This document shows positions 51,061-64,000 of a DNA stretch of 64,000 bases, one piece after another. Location: NCBI RefSeq assembly GCF_963921235.1, contig NC_086118.1, positions 14,076,001 through 14,140,000 of the forward strand, in the 5' to 3' direction. The notes under the pieces are model-generated. The model saw only the letters and a list, made by a program, of their open reading frames with translations. It was not told the DNA's origin and did not search any database. Both the position numbers and the translations under genes were made by a program. The number at the start of each line of letters is the position of its first letter. Positions within the stretch are counted from its first letter, which is position 1. Origin of the DNA: Mobula hypostoma (taxonomy: Eukaryota).

Positions 51061-52703
51061 ATACTAGTCAGGTGCTCTCCATGAATTAGTGTGTTCCTGA
51101 CTTGCATAGTTGCAGATTGTAATGGTGATGTGAACTGGAGATCAGACACTGGCAGGTCTGTTCCCCCTCCATCTCATTCGACACAATATAGAATCCAACA
51201 ACAGAAAATCAATAGGCTGATCTATAGAATCATATGTAATTTGCTTCAGCTTGTTCAACTTGACACTAATCATGACTGGAGAATATTGCACAGCCTTCTG
51301 AATAATTTTACTGCTCCGATCGGAAAGTGTAAGTGCAATTGAGTGAATTTGTTTTATTTATTCTATGTTTTAATAATTAATGATAATATAACTTATTATC
51401 TTTGGTTGATATTTTAAATAAATATTTTTATATTTTAATTTTAAAAAGTACTTCTTATGTTTTAAATTAAAATATTCCTGTTTGGTTAACTAAAATTCAC
51501 CTATATAGAACAAAAATTAGTTCTTGTGGAAGTTATATGAAAAAGGAGCAAACATTAAATGTGTACAGAGAACAAAATGAATTTACCAAGAGAGAAGATT
51601 ACAGACTTCCAGTTTACAGCAGGAGTTCATGTAAGGCATTTGCTTTGGAAACTGACAAGGCAATATCTTTGATTGATAAATGCGCAAATATACTTTATCA
51701 AACAATGTAATCAAACATCTCCGGTTAATTGAAACAGTAACCCTTTTTTCTTCTGCTTAAAATGTATTTATAATTCCTTTGTTTGTAGGCTCATGTACTC
51801 CTGAGGATATGACTGTTGAGAGCCCATCTCCCATAGGTGTGCAGCTCCACTTATATCATGGGATTCAATGAGAAAGAATGGTTCATATCATGGAAAATAA
51901 CTATATATCAGCAGTTTCCTAGAAACATAGTCCCTCTGTAATGCAGTGGTATACCATCCATTGAAATGCCAAAATAGATTCATGCTAGATGACCCAATTC
52001 CTATGCCCTTTCATATGTTTTACTCGGAAGAAGTACATTGCCAAAGGGAATTCTACAAAGTTATTTCAGTCAGGCAGAAAAAAAATCAAAAGTAAAATAT
52101 AAATGATAATTGTTTAAGTTTGTGGGATTTAATTTACAAATATAAGCAGATAGAATGCAATTCCCAAACACAAATAAAACTAGGCTAGTTTTTGTACTGA
52201 TGAACTACTTTTTTGATTCTATCCCCACTATTAGCATTAGTTAAAATATACACTCAATCCTTACTGGGTAAGCTTATCATCCAAGGAATCCAAATTGAAG
52301 TTCTAGTTAAATAATAAATCTTAAAATTAACTGACTTTCATTTTGTTAGGAGATTGTTCGAACAGACCTTGATAGTAAAGATTTTGTGATGTTCATTGTG
52401 CTGAATCATACCTTTAGATAGCTAGATAGATCGATAGATATACTTTATTAATCCCTAGCATATCTGATACGGTTTTTCATAAACTTACATCAGGTTACTG
52501 TAAATGATGCCACAGGTATTGAAGATTAGAAGGAGTGATAAATCAAGAAATAATGTATAAGAATTCAACTCAGTTGCAATCAAGTACATTGCTTTCCACA
52601 CAAATCATAACAGTAGTTATTTCCTCTAGTAACTTGTAAAGAATGTTTCTTCTTGAAATTTCTCATAGACTTGTTTATATCTTCCATCCTGTTTATTCTG
52701 CAG

Positions 52704-52797
52704 GTCAATGGCACGCTACTGGAGGATATGGTCAGTAAATGGCACTTGTATAAGGAAGAGTGTTTGCAAAACCTAAGCATGTCTAATGGTAAAACTG
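52704..52797 (+). CDS. GLP2R: Glucagon-like peptide 2 receptor-like, second coding exon (first helix of the extracellular domain)
   Basis: Acceptor TTTATTCTGCAG, phase 0; VNGTLLEDMVSKWHLYKEECLQNLSMSNGKT(G) parallels recalled human VTGSLLEETTRKWAQYKQACLRDL; phase-1 donor G/GTGAGC. Confidence 0.85.
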
Positions 52798-53584
52798 GTG
52801 AGCAACCTAACTTAATAGCAAAACTAATTCATAGGAAAATAACGCTGTTTAAACATTTTTAAATTTGGCTAATAGAATTCTAATGAAGAAATGGTTGGTG
52901 AATGCCCTCAGTCCTCTCATTGAATACAGCCAGATGCTTATTGGTGTTTGGGATTCTCAGAACCATATTATGTAGTAACATTAAGAGAGGGGAATAGCTA
53001 AAGGAAGCTTTGCCAATAGTTTGACCTTGAAGAGTGGTTTCAATGTGGGATCATAGTCTGTAGTAAAAGCAGAAACTTACTAACTGGTCCTAAAGAATAC
53101 ATTTTCTACTTCCCTCTCCCAGAAAATGGTCTCACCCTGCAGAAGCAAAGGAGGAAGCTTATGCCAGTATCACTTACAATTAGTAAAAACATTATCTTCC
53201 ACATATGTACCTGAAACTATTCTTGGTGGATGAGGTGATCTGCTGCAAAATAAGAAAATAATTTGTCATGCTGAGAACTGTATTGAATTTTTAAGCTGTT
53301 CAACAGGACAGATAGTGCTGAATTTAATTCTAGAAGTTATAGGCCGCTTATTTGAAGTGAAATTTGAATATTAATAATTAGTGATTGTCTTACTTTTATT
53401 TTTCTTCAGTTTGTGAATTTTTTGCTTATAAATATTCAATAACATGGGGCAAGTTCAGTCGTTAGAAAAAAAGTCATTCAGGAGTGAGTAAAAACTAAAT
53501 GAATTGGATTCCCCGTAATGGGCCAGAAGATGTTGGATTTGGCCACCTTTGTGACTTATATTTACAGGATATACAGGTTAATGT

Positions 53585-53895
53585 GGGCACGTGGCCAGGT
53601 GGTTAAGGCATTGGACTAGCGACCTGAAGGTCGTGAGTTCGAGCCCCAGCCGAGGGAACATGTTGTGTCCTTGAGCAAGGCACTTAATCACACATTGCTC
53701 TGCGATGACACTGGTGCCAAGCTGTATGGGTCCTAATGCCCTTCCCTTGGACAACATGGGTGTCGTGGAGAAGGGAGACTTGCAGCATGGGCAACTGCCG
53801 GTCTTCCATACAACCTTGCCCAGGCGTGCGCCCTGGAGAGTGAAGACTTTCCAGGTGCAGATCCATGGTCTCGCAAGACTAACGGATGCCTTTAC
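53585..53895 (+). mobile_element. tRNA-derived SINE, well preserved
   Basis: A box TGGCCAGGTGG (53592-53602), B box GTTCGAGCC (53637-53645), GTGTCCTTGAGCAAGGCACTTAA core, then ~200 bp non-tRNA body. Confidence 0.85.
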
Positions 53896-54559
53896 TATAC
53901 TGGTAGAATGTGGTGTTCGTGTATGTGAACATGTGAAAGAGTTACATGTGCATGCAACACACTGCCTTCATCGTATGTGTAACGTAAGCGTGCATGTTAG
54001 TTGTTGTTGTTCTGCAACCTTGCTTTGAAGTTCCTATTGTTTCATGGACATTATTACAGATAATAATTACCAATCCAACAATGTGACTCCTAGAGCAGTT
54101 GGAGGGAGAATCAAATGAGTTGATCCTCCAAGTCTGCAAGGCAGACAACGGGGCGTGTATCAGGAGAACAGGGCGTCGGAATGCCATAACAACTATTGAC
54201 TATAGGCTTTTCATCATCTGAGACATTTAACAAAATATTTAAAGTCTTCTTACAAATAATTAATTTAATGCACTCACGCAGTACTACAAAAGCACATATG
54301 AAAATAAATGAATTCACTCACTTTGAAAAGCACAAAATTCTGCAAATGCTAGAAATCTGAAACAAAAACATGAAAATAAACAGAAGTATTCAGGCAGCAT
54401 CTGTGGATAGAGTTCAGAAGAAAAATCAATAGCCTGAAGATTTGCCTTTTTAAGCATCCACATAGGTGCTGCCTGGCCCACAGAGTATCACTAGTGTTTT
54501 CTCCTTTTGTACTCAAACATTCACCCACCCTTCCCTTTTGGTATAGTGGAATGAGTCAC

Positions 54560-55830
54560 AGAGTCATAGAAAAATACAACACAGAAACAGGCCCTTCGGC
54601 CATCTAGTCAGTGGTGAACCACTAAATCTGCAAACTCCCATCGATCTGCATCCACACTGTAGTCGTCTATACCCCTACCATTCATGAACCTATCCAAACT
54701 TCTCTTAAACACTGTAAATCAAGTTCACATGCACCACTCGTTCCACACTCTTACAACCCTCTGAGTGAAGACATTTTCCCTCATGTTCACCTTAAACATT
54801 TAACTTTTCACCCTTAGCCCATCGTAGGATTACATAATTGTAGGGGGGAATCTCATAGAAACATTCAGAATGTTAAAAAGCCTGAACTGATTAGACATGG
54901 CAAAGTTATTTTCCATGCTAGGGTATTCTCGGACAAGAGGGCACGACTTCAGGATTGAAGAACGTCCTTTTAGAACTGAGATGTGGAGAAATTACTTTAG
55001 TCAGAGGGTGGTAAATCTGTGGAATTTGTTACCACGAGTGGCTGTGGAGGCCAAGTCATTGAGTGTTTTTAAGGCAGAGATAAATAGGTTATTGATTAGC
55101 CAGGGCATCAAAGGGTATGGGGTGAAAGCAGGGGAGTGGGGATGACTGGAAGAATTGGATCAGCCCATGATTGAATGCTGGGGAAGACTCAATGGGCTGA
55201 GTGGTCCACTTCTGCTCCAATATCGTATGGTCGTATGGTCTTATGGTCTTATAATTGATGGAGATGTACATAATTCACAACCACTGACATTGAGGTGGGG
55301 TTTCACTTTAAGAGGCTGGTCTGACGTGATGGTATAATTAAGTAAAGAGCTTTTAGCATACTTTGAGTTCAGTTTTTTGGTGTTCAATAAATGACTTGCT
55401 ACAGCTTTCCTGAAGCATAAAACGGCTTGGCCATTGTACTTCAGAAAACCAACACCATGACCTCTGGTTGTAGTTCCACCCAACCTCAGTGGGAAAAAAA
55501 AACCTGTTTGCATTTGTTCTTTCTATACCTCTCATAATTTTGTATATCTCTATCAAATCTCCCCTGGATTTTCTACATTTCAAGGAATAAAGTCTTAACC
55601 TATTCAATCTTTCCTTATAACTCAGATCCTCCAGTTCCGGCAACATCCTTGTAAGTTTTCTCTGTATTCTTTCAACCTTATTTACATCCTTCCTGTTGGT
55701 AGGTTATCTAAAACTGCACACAATACTCCAAATTAAGAGCATCTCGAATGTCTTATGCAACTTCAACAAAACATCCCATCTCCTTGATTTATGAAGACCA
55801 ATATGCCAAAAACTTCCTTCATTTATGATT
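54560..55830 (-). mobile_element. Older CR1 3' fragment containing a plus-strand CR1 3' end (~54845-55250)
   Basis: Minus LSYKERL...RGDLIEIYKIM; plus FSQRVVNLWNLLP with TATGGTC tail. Confidence 0.8.
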
Positions 55831-57849
55831 CCACTCATGTCAATGTGGTCTCCATTTGTACGTCAGCTAATCTGGGGTGAAGCTAAGCAGGGCTGACTGC
55901 AGATGCATCCCAGCCCTCCCAGCGCCATATCAATGTTCCACCACAGGGCTCAGTTTTCACCTCTATGTTGGGGTGAATACACGTAAAAATGTGAAACAAA
56001 ATGAGCCATGAATAAATAGCAATCTTCCATTCAGCATGATTTCGGCCACCATCAAGCCACACTCTTCTAAAGACGCATTGACTTGTAAAGACGTGCACCT
56101 TTTATCAAACAAAAGACAATAAAATACTTGGTTTGATGGTATAACTGACCAATAGCCTTGCATGGACTGTTGAATCGTGTGGGAGAATCCAGCACCAACC
56201 TTGCCCAGGACTTCTTACTGAACTTAGCTGCTCCACTTTCCAGTGTGGAATTGTGTGCAATTCCACTGGCCCATGTGGACCTAATTATAGTACCCGACGG
56301 GTAATATCTCAACTCCCGTTCTGGCACAGATGAGAAACTTGTCCAGACTTCTGGTTGCTCAGACGTTTATCCAGAGTGCATCTTACGACAGGATCACAAA
56401 AGTGCCCTGTGGTGAGGGTGTACTGTAGCTTGTGGAATACAGATCAAGGTGACCTCTTGAATGCTCCCAAAATGGACGCTCAGACTGCAGTCATGCTCCG
56501 CTTGTCAATCAGGCAACCCAGACTGCTGCGGACCATGCTGTGTTTGGAGGCCAGGCCTCCTGGCTCTGAGCTACAAGGATTGTTTACACGGCATTTCCAC
56601 TGGAATGTGGCAACCATCCACCAGGCATGATGAAGCACACCCTCAAAGCACAAGAGCCAATAAAGACACAAGGGCAATAAAGGAAATATATGTAACAGTT
56701 ATTAGTTGGAATGTGGCTGCAATTTAGCAAGCTTTAGTTTATAGTTTTGGCTTGGAGATTTAATTTTATGTTGCAGACACTCTGATGGCCAGCCACAGAG
56801 AGAATATAAATGTGGCTGCTGGCAATTTGGGGAGTATACAAGGCTAGGGATTGGTGATTTAAAACTGGTGTGTACCAACTACTACCAGCAGAGGGTGATA
56901 AATCACTAGCATTCTCTACCCCAAGCATTGTGGAGGTTAGATTACTGGTATATTGAAGGAGAAGGTAAATAAATTTTTGAAAGATTAGCTATGATCATAT
57001 TGAGTGGTGGGGTTGGATAAAAAGGCAAAGTGGCCTACTTCTATTTTTTTATGTTCTTATGTTTTAGCGGTATTTAGTTTGGGCCAATTTGGGACTTCTC
57101 AGTATCCGACTGCCTTAAGATCTTAAATAAACTATTGTCTTGTGAAGCAGTACTCGACATGAAGAGTGGATGATCAGGTCCCTGGGCATCCAATTTCAAG
57201 ACTTGCTTTGACAACCAAGGCCACTTTCATTCCTTCACAGTCATATGGAAACAATTTAACTTGAATTAATTTGAAAAAAAAATTATACAAATACATTAAT
57301 AAATAATGAAATTATTATCCACACTATCTCAAATTTGAAAATAAAGTCAGGTAACATCTGCCTGTGTTTTCCTCTTCTACAGATATTTCCTGAAATCCTT
57401 GAATTTTCTATTATTTATTGTTTTTATTTCAGGTTTCCACCATCTGCATTATATTATTTTTATGTTAGGTTTCTCTCCCTGTAAGAACACCATGGGCACC
57501 AGGTACAATGACAGTGCTTCAGTTTAATAGCTCATTTAAAACATAGAGCTTCTGACAGTGCCGCACTTCCTCAGCTATCCCTGAGCTATTGTTTTTGCCT
57601 AGATCTTTGCATCCAGCTGTCTGTAGTGAGACTTGGATGCACCACTTTCGATGTCAGAAGCAGGGATGCCACCAGTTAATGGGCAATGGGTCTTGGCGAG
57701 TAGCTGAAAAGTAGCAGGTTAGTACAGTAACATGACCACTACAGGGATAATGCACAATGAGCCCCATCACTGGGGAATTGGAAATAATTCCATCTGCAGT
57801 ACACTCTGAAACTAACCAGTGGCACCTACAAAACGACATGCAAAGTATA

Positions 57850-59190
57850 AAGATTCAAAGGATATTTATTATCAAAGTCTGTATGTAGTATACAGCCCTG
57901 AAATTCATATTTCCCACAGACAGCCACAAAACAAAGAAACACCATGGAACCCGTTCAAAGAAAACATCAAACACCCAACATGCAAAAATAAAAGAACATT
58001 CACACAAATGGGGAAACAAAGAATGATTAACACACAGAATATTAAACATCAAACCTATGGTCCTTGATGCAATCTAAGAATGTTCAGTTTAGTTCAGTTC
58101 AGTTCAGTTTAGTGCTGTGTTGTTCATTGACTGCAGGCTGCAGAACCAATCCGCCTGGTCAAAATCGCGCAAAATAGCAATAAAAAACGGAGTAACCAAA
58201 AACTAGAAACACATATAACATGAACCGCACGCTCATTTTCAACATCGCTCTCAACCACGGTGAGACAGCAAAAGCACCAGATCCCTCAGATGGCCCAAAA
58301 ACACATCAACAAAATGTAAATTACAGGCTCCAGTCACACACAGATTGGTGGTAGAAGTATATTTACAAAAGAAGGAGGAGAAGAAATAGTTTAGTCGCAT
58401 TGGTCACTGGCAGCATCTTGCCAAAAGATGGCGCCAGCGTGTAATCCTGCAGTCACTCCATCTTCCGCATTCTGGCATTTATTAGAGAAGAATATATGAG
58501 TTACTTCCCTTACACATCACTGAATGATCAAACACATACTCTGCATATCTTCACCTTCAGCTTGTTAGAGACGTAACTCATAACAGTTCATGGCTATGGT
58601 ATCATCACAGCCAAAGCAAGGTTACTCTGGCCCTGCTTCAGTGCTGGAGATGTGTCTGGAGAAGGGGGACCTATTTCAGATAGAATATTCTTAGTGCACC
58701 ATAACATTCAAACTTCAAAGTAAATTTATTATCAAAGTACATTTCTGTCACCCTATACAACCATGAAATTTATTTTCTTTCCAGCATTCATAATAAGTCC
58801 GAAAAAACATGACAGAATTAATCAGAAACCCATACAACAAAATGGACAGGCAACCAATACACAAGAGACAACAAACTGTTCAAATCAAAAAGAAAAGAAC
58901 AAACAAAATAATAATGAATAAATAAGCTATAAATGTTGAGAATGTGACATGAAGAGTCCCTGAAAGTGAACCTCTGTTTCAAGAGCCTAATAGTTGAGTA
59001 ATAACTGTTCCTGAACCTGGTAGTATGGGTCTGAGGCTCCTGTATCTCCTTCCTGATGGCAGTGGCAAGAAGGAAGCATGGCCTGGATTATGAGTGTCCT
59101 TGATGATAGATGCTGCTATCCTGGCACAGCGCTCCTTGAAGATGTGCTCAGCAATGGGGCAAGTTTTACAGGCATGAAATGCAATTTTCC
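57850..59190 (-). repeat. Two Rex1-type tail-derived repeats
   Basis: Recurrent TTTATTATCAAAGT tail motif near 57865 and 58725; IIKDTHNPGHASFLPLPSGRRYRS at 58979-59150. Confidence 0.6.
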
Positions 59191-59379
59191 TTTCAGATTC
59201 AGTGGGAGAAAGGGGGTGAATCTCCAAGATCCTGAAAGTGTATTGTTCCCTTTCTTCTTTCACCAATTAAACAACTCCAGTTCAACAGTGGCAAGGCTGT
59301 GTGCTGATTGATGGAAAGGACTGTGTCCAGCAGGTGTCACCATTGTGCATACAATCATCCATCAACACTATCAGGAGAA

Positions 59380-59615
59380 AACCTGCAGATGCCGGAACTC
59401 CGAGCAACACATACAAAATGCTAGAGGAACTCAGCAGGCCAGTCAGCATCTATGGAAAGGAGCACAGTCGACATTCTGGGCTGAGACTTTCAGCAGGGCT
59501 CCTTATCTTTATTTTCTCCAGGTCTGCACAATGGTCTTGGCCCGAAACATCAACAGAACTCTTTTCCGTAGATGCTGGCCTGCTAAGTTCCTCCAGCACT
59601 TCGTGTGTGTTGCTC
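59380..59615. repeat. Short fold-back element made of two inverted Penelope tails
   Basis: CAAAATGCTAGAGGAACTCAGCAGGCC ... GGCCTGCTAAGTTCCTCCAGCACTTCG, each arm with a decayed hammerhead remnant. Confidence 0.7.
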
Positions 59616-59989
59616 CATGAACACTATGACACTTCTGTATGCAATTTTTGTTTGTATTACTGTCAAAAACCAATGAGAAAACTCCCAGTGCCAGACAAGG
59701 GCCCTCTGCAGAAACATGGATCATTGCTTAACAAATTCTTGGTAAAACTGACCCACAAATCCAGGAGTGACAAGTCTGATCCCAAACAAACCTCACTAAA
59801 TTCTGCAAACAATTACAATTATTAACAACTACCAGCCTTAAATTAGCTAATTTTCTTGAAGAAAAGCAGAGGTCACAGTACATAGGTCACTGATGTACAG
59901 TATCTAAAAGAACATAGATCATTATCTGAAGTGATGTGGTGCAGAATAGATAGAGAACTTCTTTTCAGGGAATCCAATGGAATCATCTT

Positions 59990-60164
59990 CAAACCACAAA
60001 ATAAATTTATTATCAAAGTGCATATATGTCACTATATACAACTCTGAGATTATTTTTCTTGCGAGCATACACAGCAAATCTAAGAAACACAACCCTGAAA
60101 GACCACGCCCAACAGGATGGACAAGCAACTAATGTGAAAAAGACTGCAAACTGTGCAAATACAA

Positions 60165-60197
<33 letters not shown>

Positions 60198-62480
60198 CTG
60201 ATAAATACTGAGAACACAAAATAATCTGCAGATGCTGTGATCAAAGCAACACCTTCAGTACGCTGGATGAACTCAGCAGGTTGGGCAGCATCAGTCAGAA
60301 ATGATGAGTCGACGTTTCGGGCCAGAACCCTTTGTCAGGACTGAGGAATGAAAGATGGGGAAGGTTTTGAAGAATGCTTGTAGCTTCAGTTGAAGGACCA
60401 GTAATTTGAAAGACAAAGGGGTAGGGGACGGGAAGCATTGATGTCATAGCCCTGAAAACAATGGGTAGTAGAAGAAGGAGGCGGGACCATGAGGGAGTTG
60501 GGGGAGAGGTAGAGTGAAATAGGGATAGAGGAAGGGAGGGAGAGGGAATTCTATGTTCATGCCAAAGGGCTGGAAACTACCTAGACGGTATATGAGGTGT
60601 TACTCCTCCAACCTGAGTTTAGCCTCATCATGGCAGTAGAGGAGGCCATGTATGGACATATCTGAATAGGAATGGGAAGCAGGGTTGAAGTGGGTGGCTA
60701 CCGGGAGATCCTGTCTGTTGTTTGATAAATACCGAGAACATGAAATGAAGGGTCCTTGAAAGTGAGTCCATATGTTGTGGCAAGAGTTTAGTGATGGAGC
60801 GAGTGAAGTTGAATAAAGTTATCCCCTCTGGTTCAAGAGCCTAATAGTTAAGAGGTAACAGGTTTTGTTGAACCTGATAATGTGGGCCCTATGGCTCCTA
60901 TTCCTTCTTCCTGATGACAGCAGTGAGAAGAGAACAGGGCCTGGATGGTGAATCATTAATGATGGATGCTGCTTTCCTGTGACATCACGCCGTGTGGATG
61001 TGCTCAGTGGCGGGGAGGTCTTGATCTGTGACGGGCTGGGCCATATCCACTATATTTTATAGGATTTTTCATTCAAGGACATTAGTGTTTCCATGCCAGA
61101 CTATAATGCAATCAGTCAATATACTCTCCACCACACATCTACAGAGGTTTATCAAAGTTTTAGATGTCATGCTGAATCTTCACAAACTTCTAAGGAAGTA
61201 GAGGCGCTGTTGTGCTTTCTTTGCAATGACATTTATGTGTTGGACCCAGGACAAATTGTTTGAAATGATAATGCAGAGGAATTTAACATTGTTGGCACTC
61301 TGCACCTCTGGTCACCCAATGAGGACTGGGTCAGGGACCTCCAGTAGTCAATAATCATCTCCTTGGTCTGCTGACAGCAAGTGAAAGGTCATTGCTGTGG
61401 TACCAGTCAGGCAGATTTTCAGTCTCATTCCTATGATCTTCCTTCTAGGACCAAAGGGCACAACTTCAGAACAGAGGAACACCAATTTAGAATGGAGATG
61501 AGGAGAAATTTCTTTAGCTAGAGGGTGGTATTTGTTGCTGTGGTATTGTGGTATTCATTTGGTGGCTGTGGAGACCAGGTCACTGAGTGTACTTAAGGCA
61601 GAAGTTAATGGATTCTTGATACGTCAGGGCATTAAAGGTTATGGGCAGAAGGCAGGATAGTCAGTTTGAGAGGGAAATGGATCAGTCTTGATCAAATGAC
61701 AGAGCAGACTCAATGAGCCAAATAGCCAAATTCTGCTCCAATGCCCATGGTCTTATGGTCGTTATGCTGATTCATTACCACCTTTGTTTTGGCCAACAAG
61801 AGTGGTGTTGTCAGTACAATATTGCATTGGAACTGTGTTTAGCCTCACAGACATAAGTGTGAAGCGAGTAGAGCAGGGTGCTAATCTCGCAGCCTTGTGA
61901 TACATATGTGCTGATGGAGATTGTGGAGGAGATGATTTTGCCAATCTGAACTGACTGGGGTCTGCAAGTGAGGAAATTGAGGATCTATCTGCACAAAGAG
62001 GTATTGCGAACAAGATCTTGAAGCTTATTGGTTAGTTTTAAGAGGACGATAGTATTGTATGCCGAGCTGTAGTCAATGAAGAGCAACCTGATCATGGATC
62101 TTCACTACCCAGGCGTTCCAGGGTTGAGTAAACTGCCAATGAAATGGCATCTGCTGTGGACCTGTTGTGACAGCAGGCAAATTGGAACAGATCCAAGTCA
62201 TTTCTCAGGCAGGAGTTGTTATACTTCATCACCAGCCTCTCAAAGCACTTCATCACAGTGGATCGAAGTGCTCCTGGATGATAGCCATTGAGGAAGGTTA
62301 CCATGTTCTTCACAGGCATGTGTATAATTGAAGCCTGCTTAAAGCAGGTGGGTATCTCAGACTGCTGAAGCATGAGGTTAAAGACATCAGTGAACACACC
62401 AGCCAGTTAATAAATACAAGTTTTTAATGTTCACTCAGGTACTCCAGTTGGGCAGGATGCTCTCTCTGGGTTCACCCTCC
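59990..62480 (-). mobile_element. Rex1-type LINE, degraded, with nested Penelope (60217-60722) and CR1 tail (~61436-61761)
   Basis: IPTCFKQASII...VMKCFERLV...FQFAC...STADAI; (AAT)n in the 3' UTR at 60165-60195. Confidence 0.8.
60217..60722 (-). mobile_element. Penelope-like 3' fragment, distinct subfamily, no inverted arm
   Basis: 18-bp TSD TGATAAATAC(T/C)GAGAACA (60199-60216, 60723-60740); endonuclease C-terminus; hammerhead with mutated core CTGACAA at 60307-60342. Confidence 0.82.
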
Positions 62481-64000
62481 TGTGGGTTCAGCCCTCAACA
62501 CAACAGCCGTCTATGGGTCCAGACAGAGAGTAGCTTCATTACCTAAATAGCAACTCTCAATTTGGAGTTGTAGATTAATGATACTGGTAAATTTTAGATT
62601 AAAAGGTAATGCAATTTTGAGTATTTATCGAAGAATTTGCCGAAGCCGTGCGATTTTGCATAAATAGATTGTTTTCAAATTTGTTCTTTGGTTATGATGT
62701 TAATCTGAGATTCAGCCTGATGGATTGGTTGCCTCATTTATCTCAGACAAAATAATTCAAGACAAGGAACTTTAAGATCTTTATCAAATATTTTTCCCCT
62801 CTTCATGATTCCATATAAATTAATCAATTCATTTGTGAATAAACTCCATTGACATTTATCCTTGTACTCGATGGCATTGAAAAATAAATTGGTTTAAGGA
62901 GTTGAGGTGGTACAATGCTGGAGTAACACTGTGAATCTGTAAACTTATAAATGACTAATAAATGACTGAAAAATAATCTTAGATGTATAGTCGTGGATGT
63001 CCTTGAATTCACAAGTCAATGATTTGAGAATTGCTAGAGCGTAGCAACAAAAAGAGACCCATTTCAGCTTTTTGCTCAGACATTTACAGGTCTATTTTCA
63101 TTTCCCTTCAGACTTGTTGCCACATTGTGAGCCTCTGCGCTGGCGAAACAATGAATCACTGTGATTCCTTTTTGAATGCCTTAGAGTTTAGAAGGAGAGG
63201 AAATACTACCAAGGTTAAAAAAAAGGATAAGCAAGTTACTTATAAAGACTGAAATACAATCTGATTTTGAGAGAATAACTGAGACAAAAATTAAAATATA
63301 CTGCAGAGTTGAAACAGTGCTGGGGAGTTCACAGCTTTTGAAGCAGGTGCTGAAAATTGAGACAAATGAATAAAATAATTCAGTCCTCCAATTGTTAGCT
63401 CTCATAATCTTTGGATGTATAAGTAAATGGTCTCAGGGGGTGGTGAGGCTGGAAGTTCTAGGGGAATATGAGAATGTGATGGATATTCACTGTCCACGAC
63501 CAGGGGGCCTTTTTGCCAAGCTCAGTTTTCTAACATGATGGTTGTGAACTTCCGGAGATCGAAGTGCTGTTTTGAGTAAGATAAGTGTCCAACTAATATT
63601 CTTTGTTCAGCCTCTAGTCATAACCTGGAGCCAGTCTTCAGTTCTTAATGTAAATTGCAAGCAGTAATCAGTCTGAAGTTAAAAGGACAACTTTGTAAAC
63701 AAACCGCTCTCTATATAGAGCACAATATGCTGGCCCACAGCATGGAGCTGGTTGCTAAAGAGTGCAGTGTAAGACAATGGTGTTATGTTAATTGGGCTTA
63801 TATCAAATCAGATGACACTGGCAAAATTATTTGGTTCAAGGAAGCTTGCAGGCCAGATTGATACTATCACTTATCACATCAAATAGCTAACCTCTCAATA
63901 GTTGGAGGAATTTGTGTACTCATATACAAACGTAGTCAGCATTCAATCTAAGGAAAAGATACCCCCAGGGGTGCCCAAGAGTGGGGGGATGAGCACCCCA

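Noticed and set aside
51577..51836. Extra GLP2R exons (ATG...CAT/GTAAGG at 51577-51630; acceptor at 51789)
   Set aside because: No recognisable homology or signal peptide; the second piece hits TGA in phase 0 and has a weak donor.
53585..53655. Functional tRNA gene
   Set aside because: A and B boxes are present, but it runs into a SINE body without a clean acceptor stem or T-run terminator.
63655..63861. GLP2R exon 3 candidate (Cys/Trp-containing ORF)
   Set aside because: Lacks the C-x-x-x-F-D...C-W motif and clear splice sites.

Overview
Vertebrate genomic DNA, not prokaryotic. The repeat mix (CR1, Rex1/Babar, Penelope, HE1/V-type SINE) suggests a cartilaginous fish, probably a ray; this is inference. 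One host gene is visible on the + strand: the first two coding exons of a glucagon-receptor-family class B GPCR, most likely GLP2R (30620-30745 and 52704-52797, about 22 kb intron). Nearly all other ORFs come from retroelements. Positions 1-14500 are one CR1 LINE interrupted four times: a Gypsy provirus, a 507-bp inverted copy of neighbouring DNA, a solo LTR, and a BEL/Pao provirus. Main highlights: (1) the BEL element has lost RT/RNase H and carries in its place an in-frame coiled-coil segment resembling a captured host gene (giantin-like); (2) a microhomology-flanked, locally templated inverted insertion; (3) several Penelope-like elements with fold-back ends, long TSDs and minimal hammerhead ribozyme cores, one about 0.7 kb upstream of the GLP2R start and one inside intron 1. 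All identities and alignments were done by eye; family names rest on recalled motifs, not database searches.
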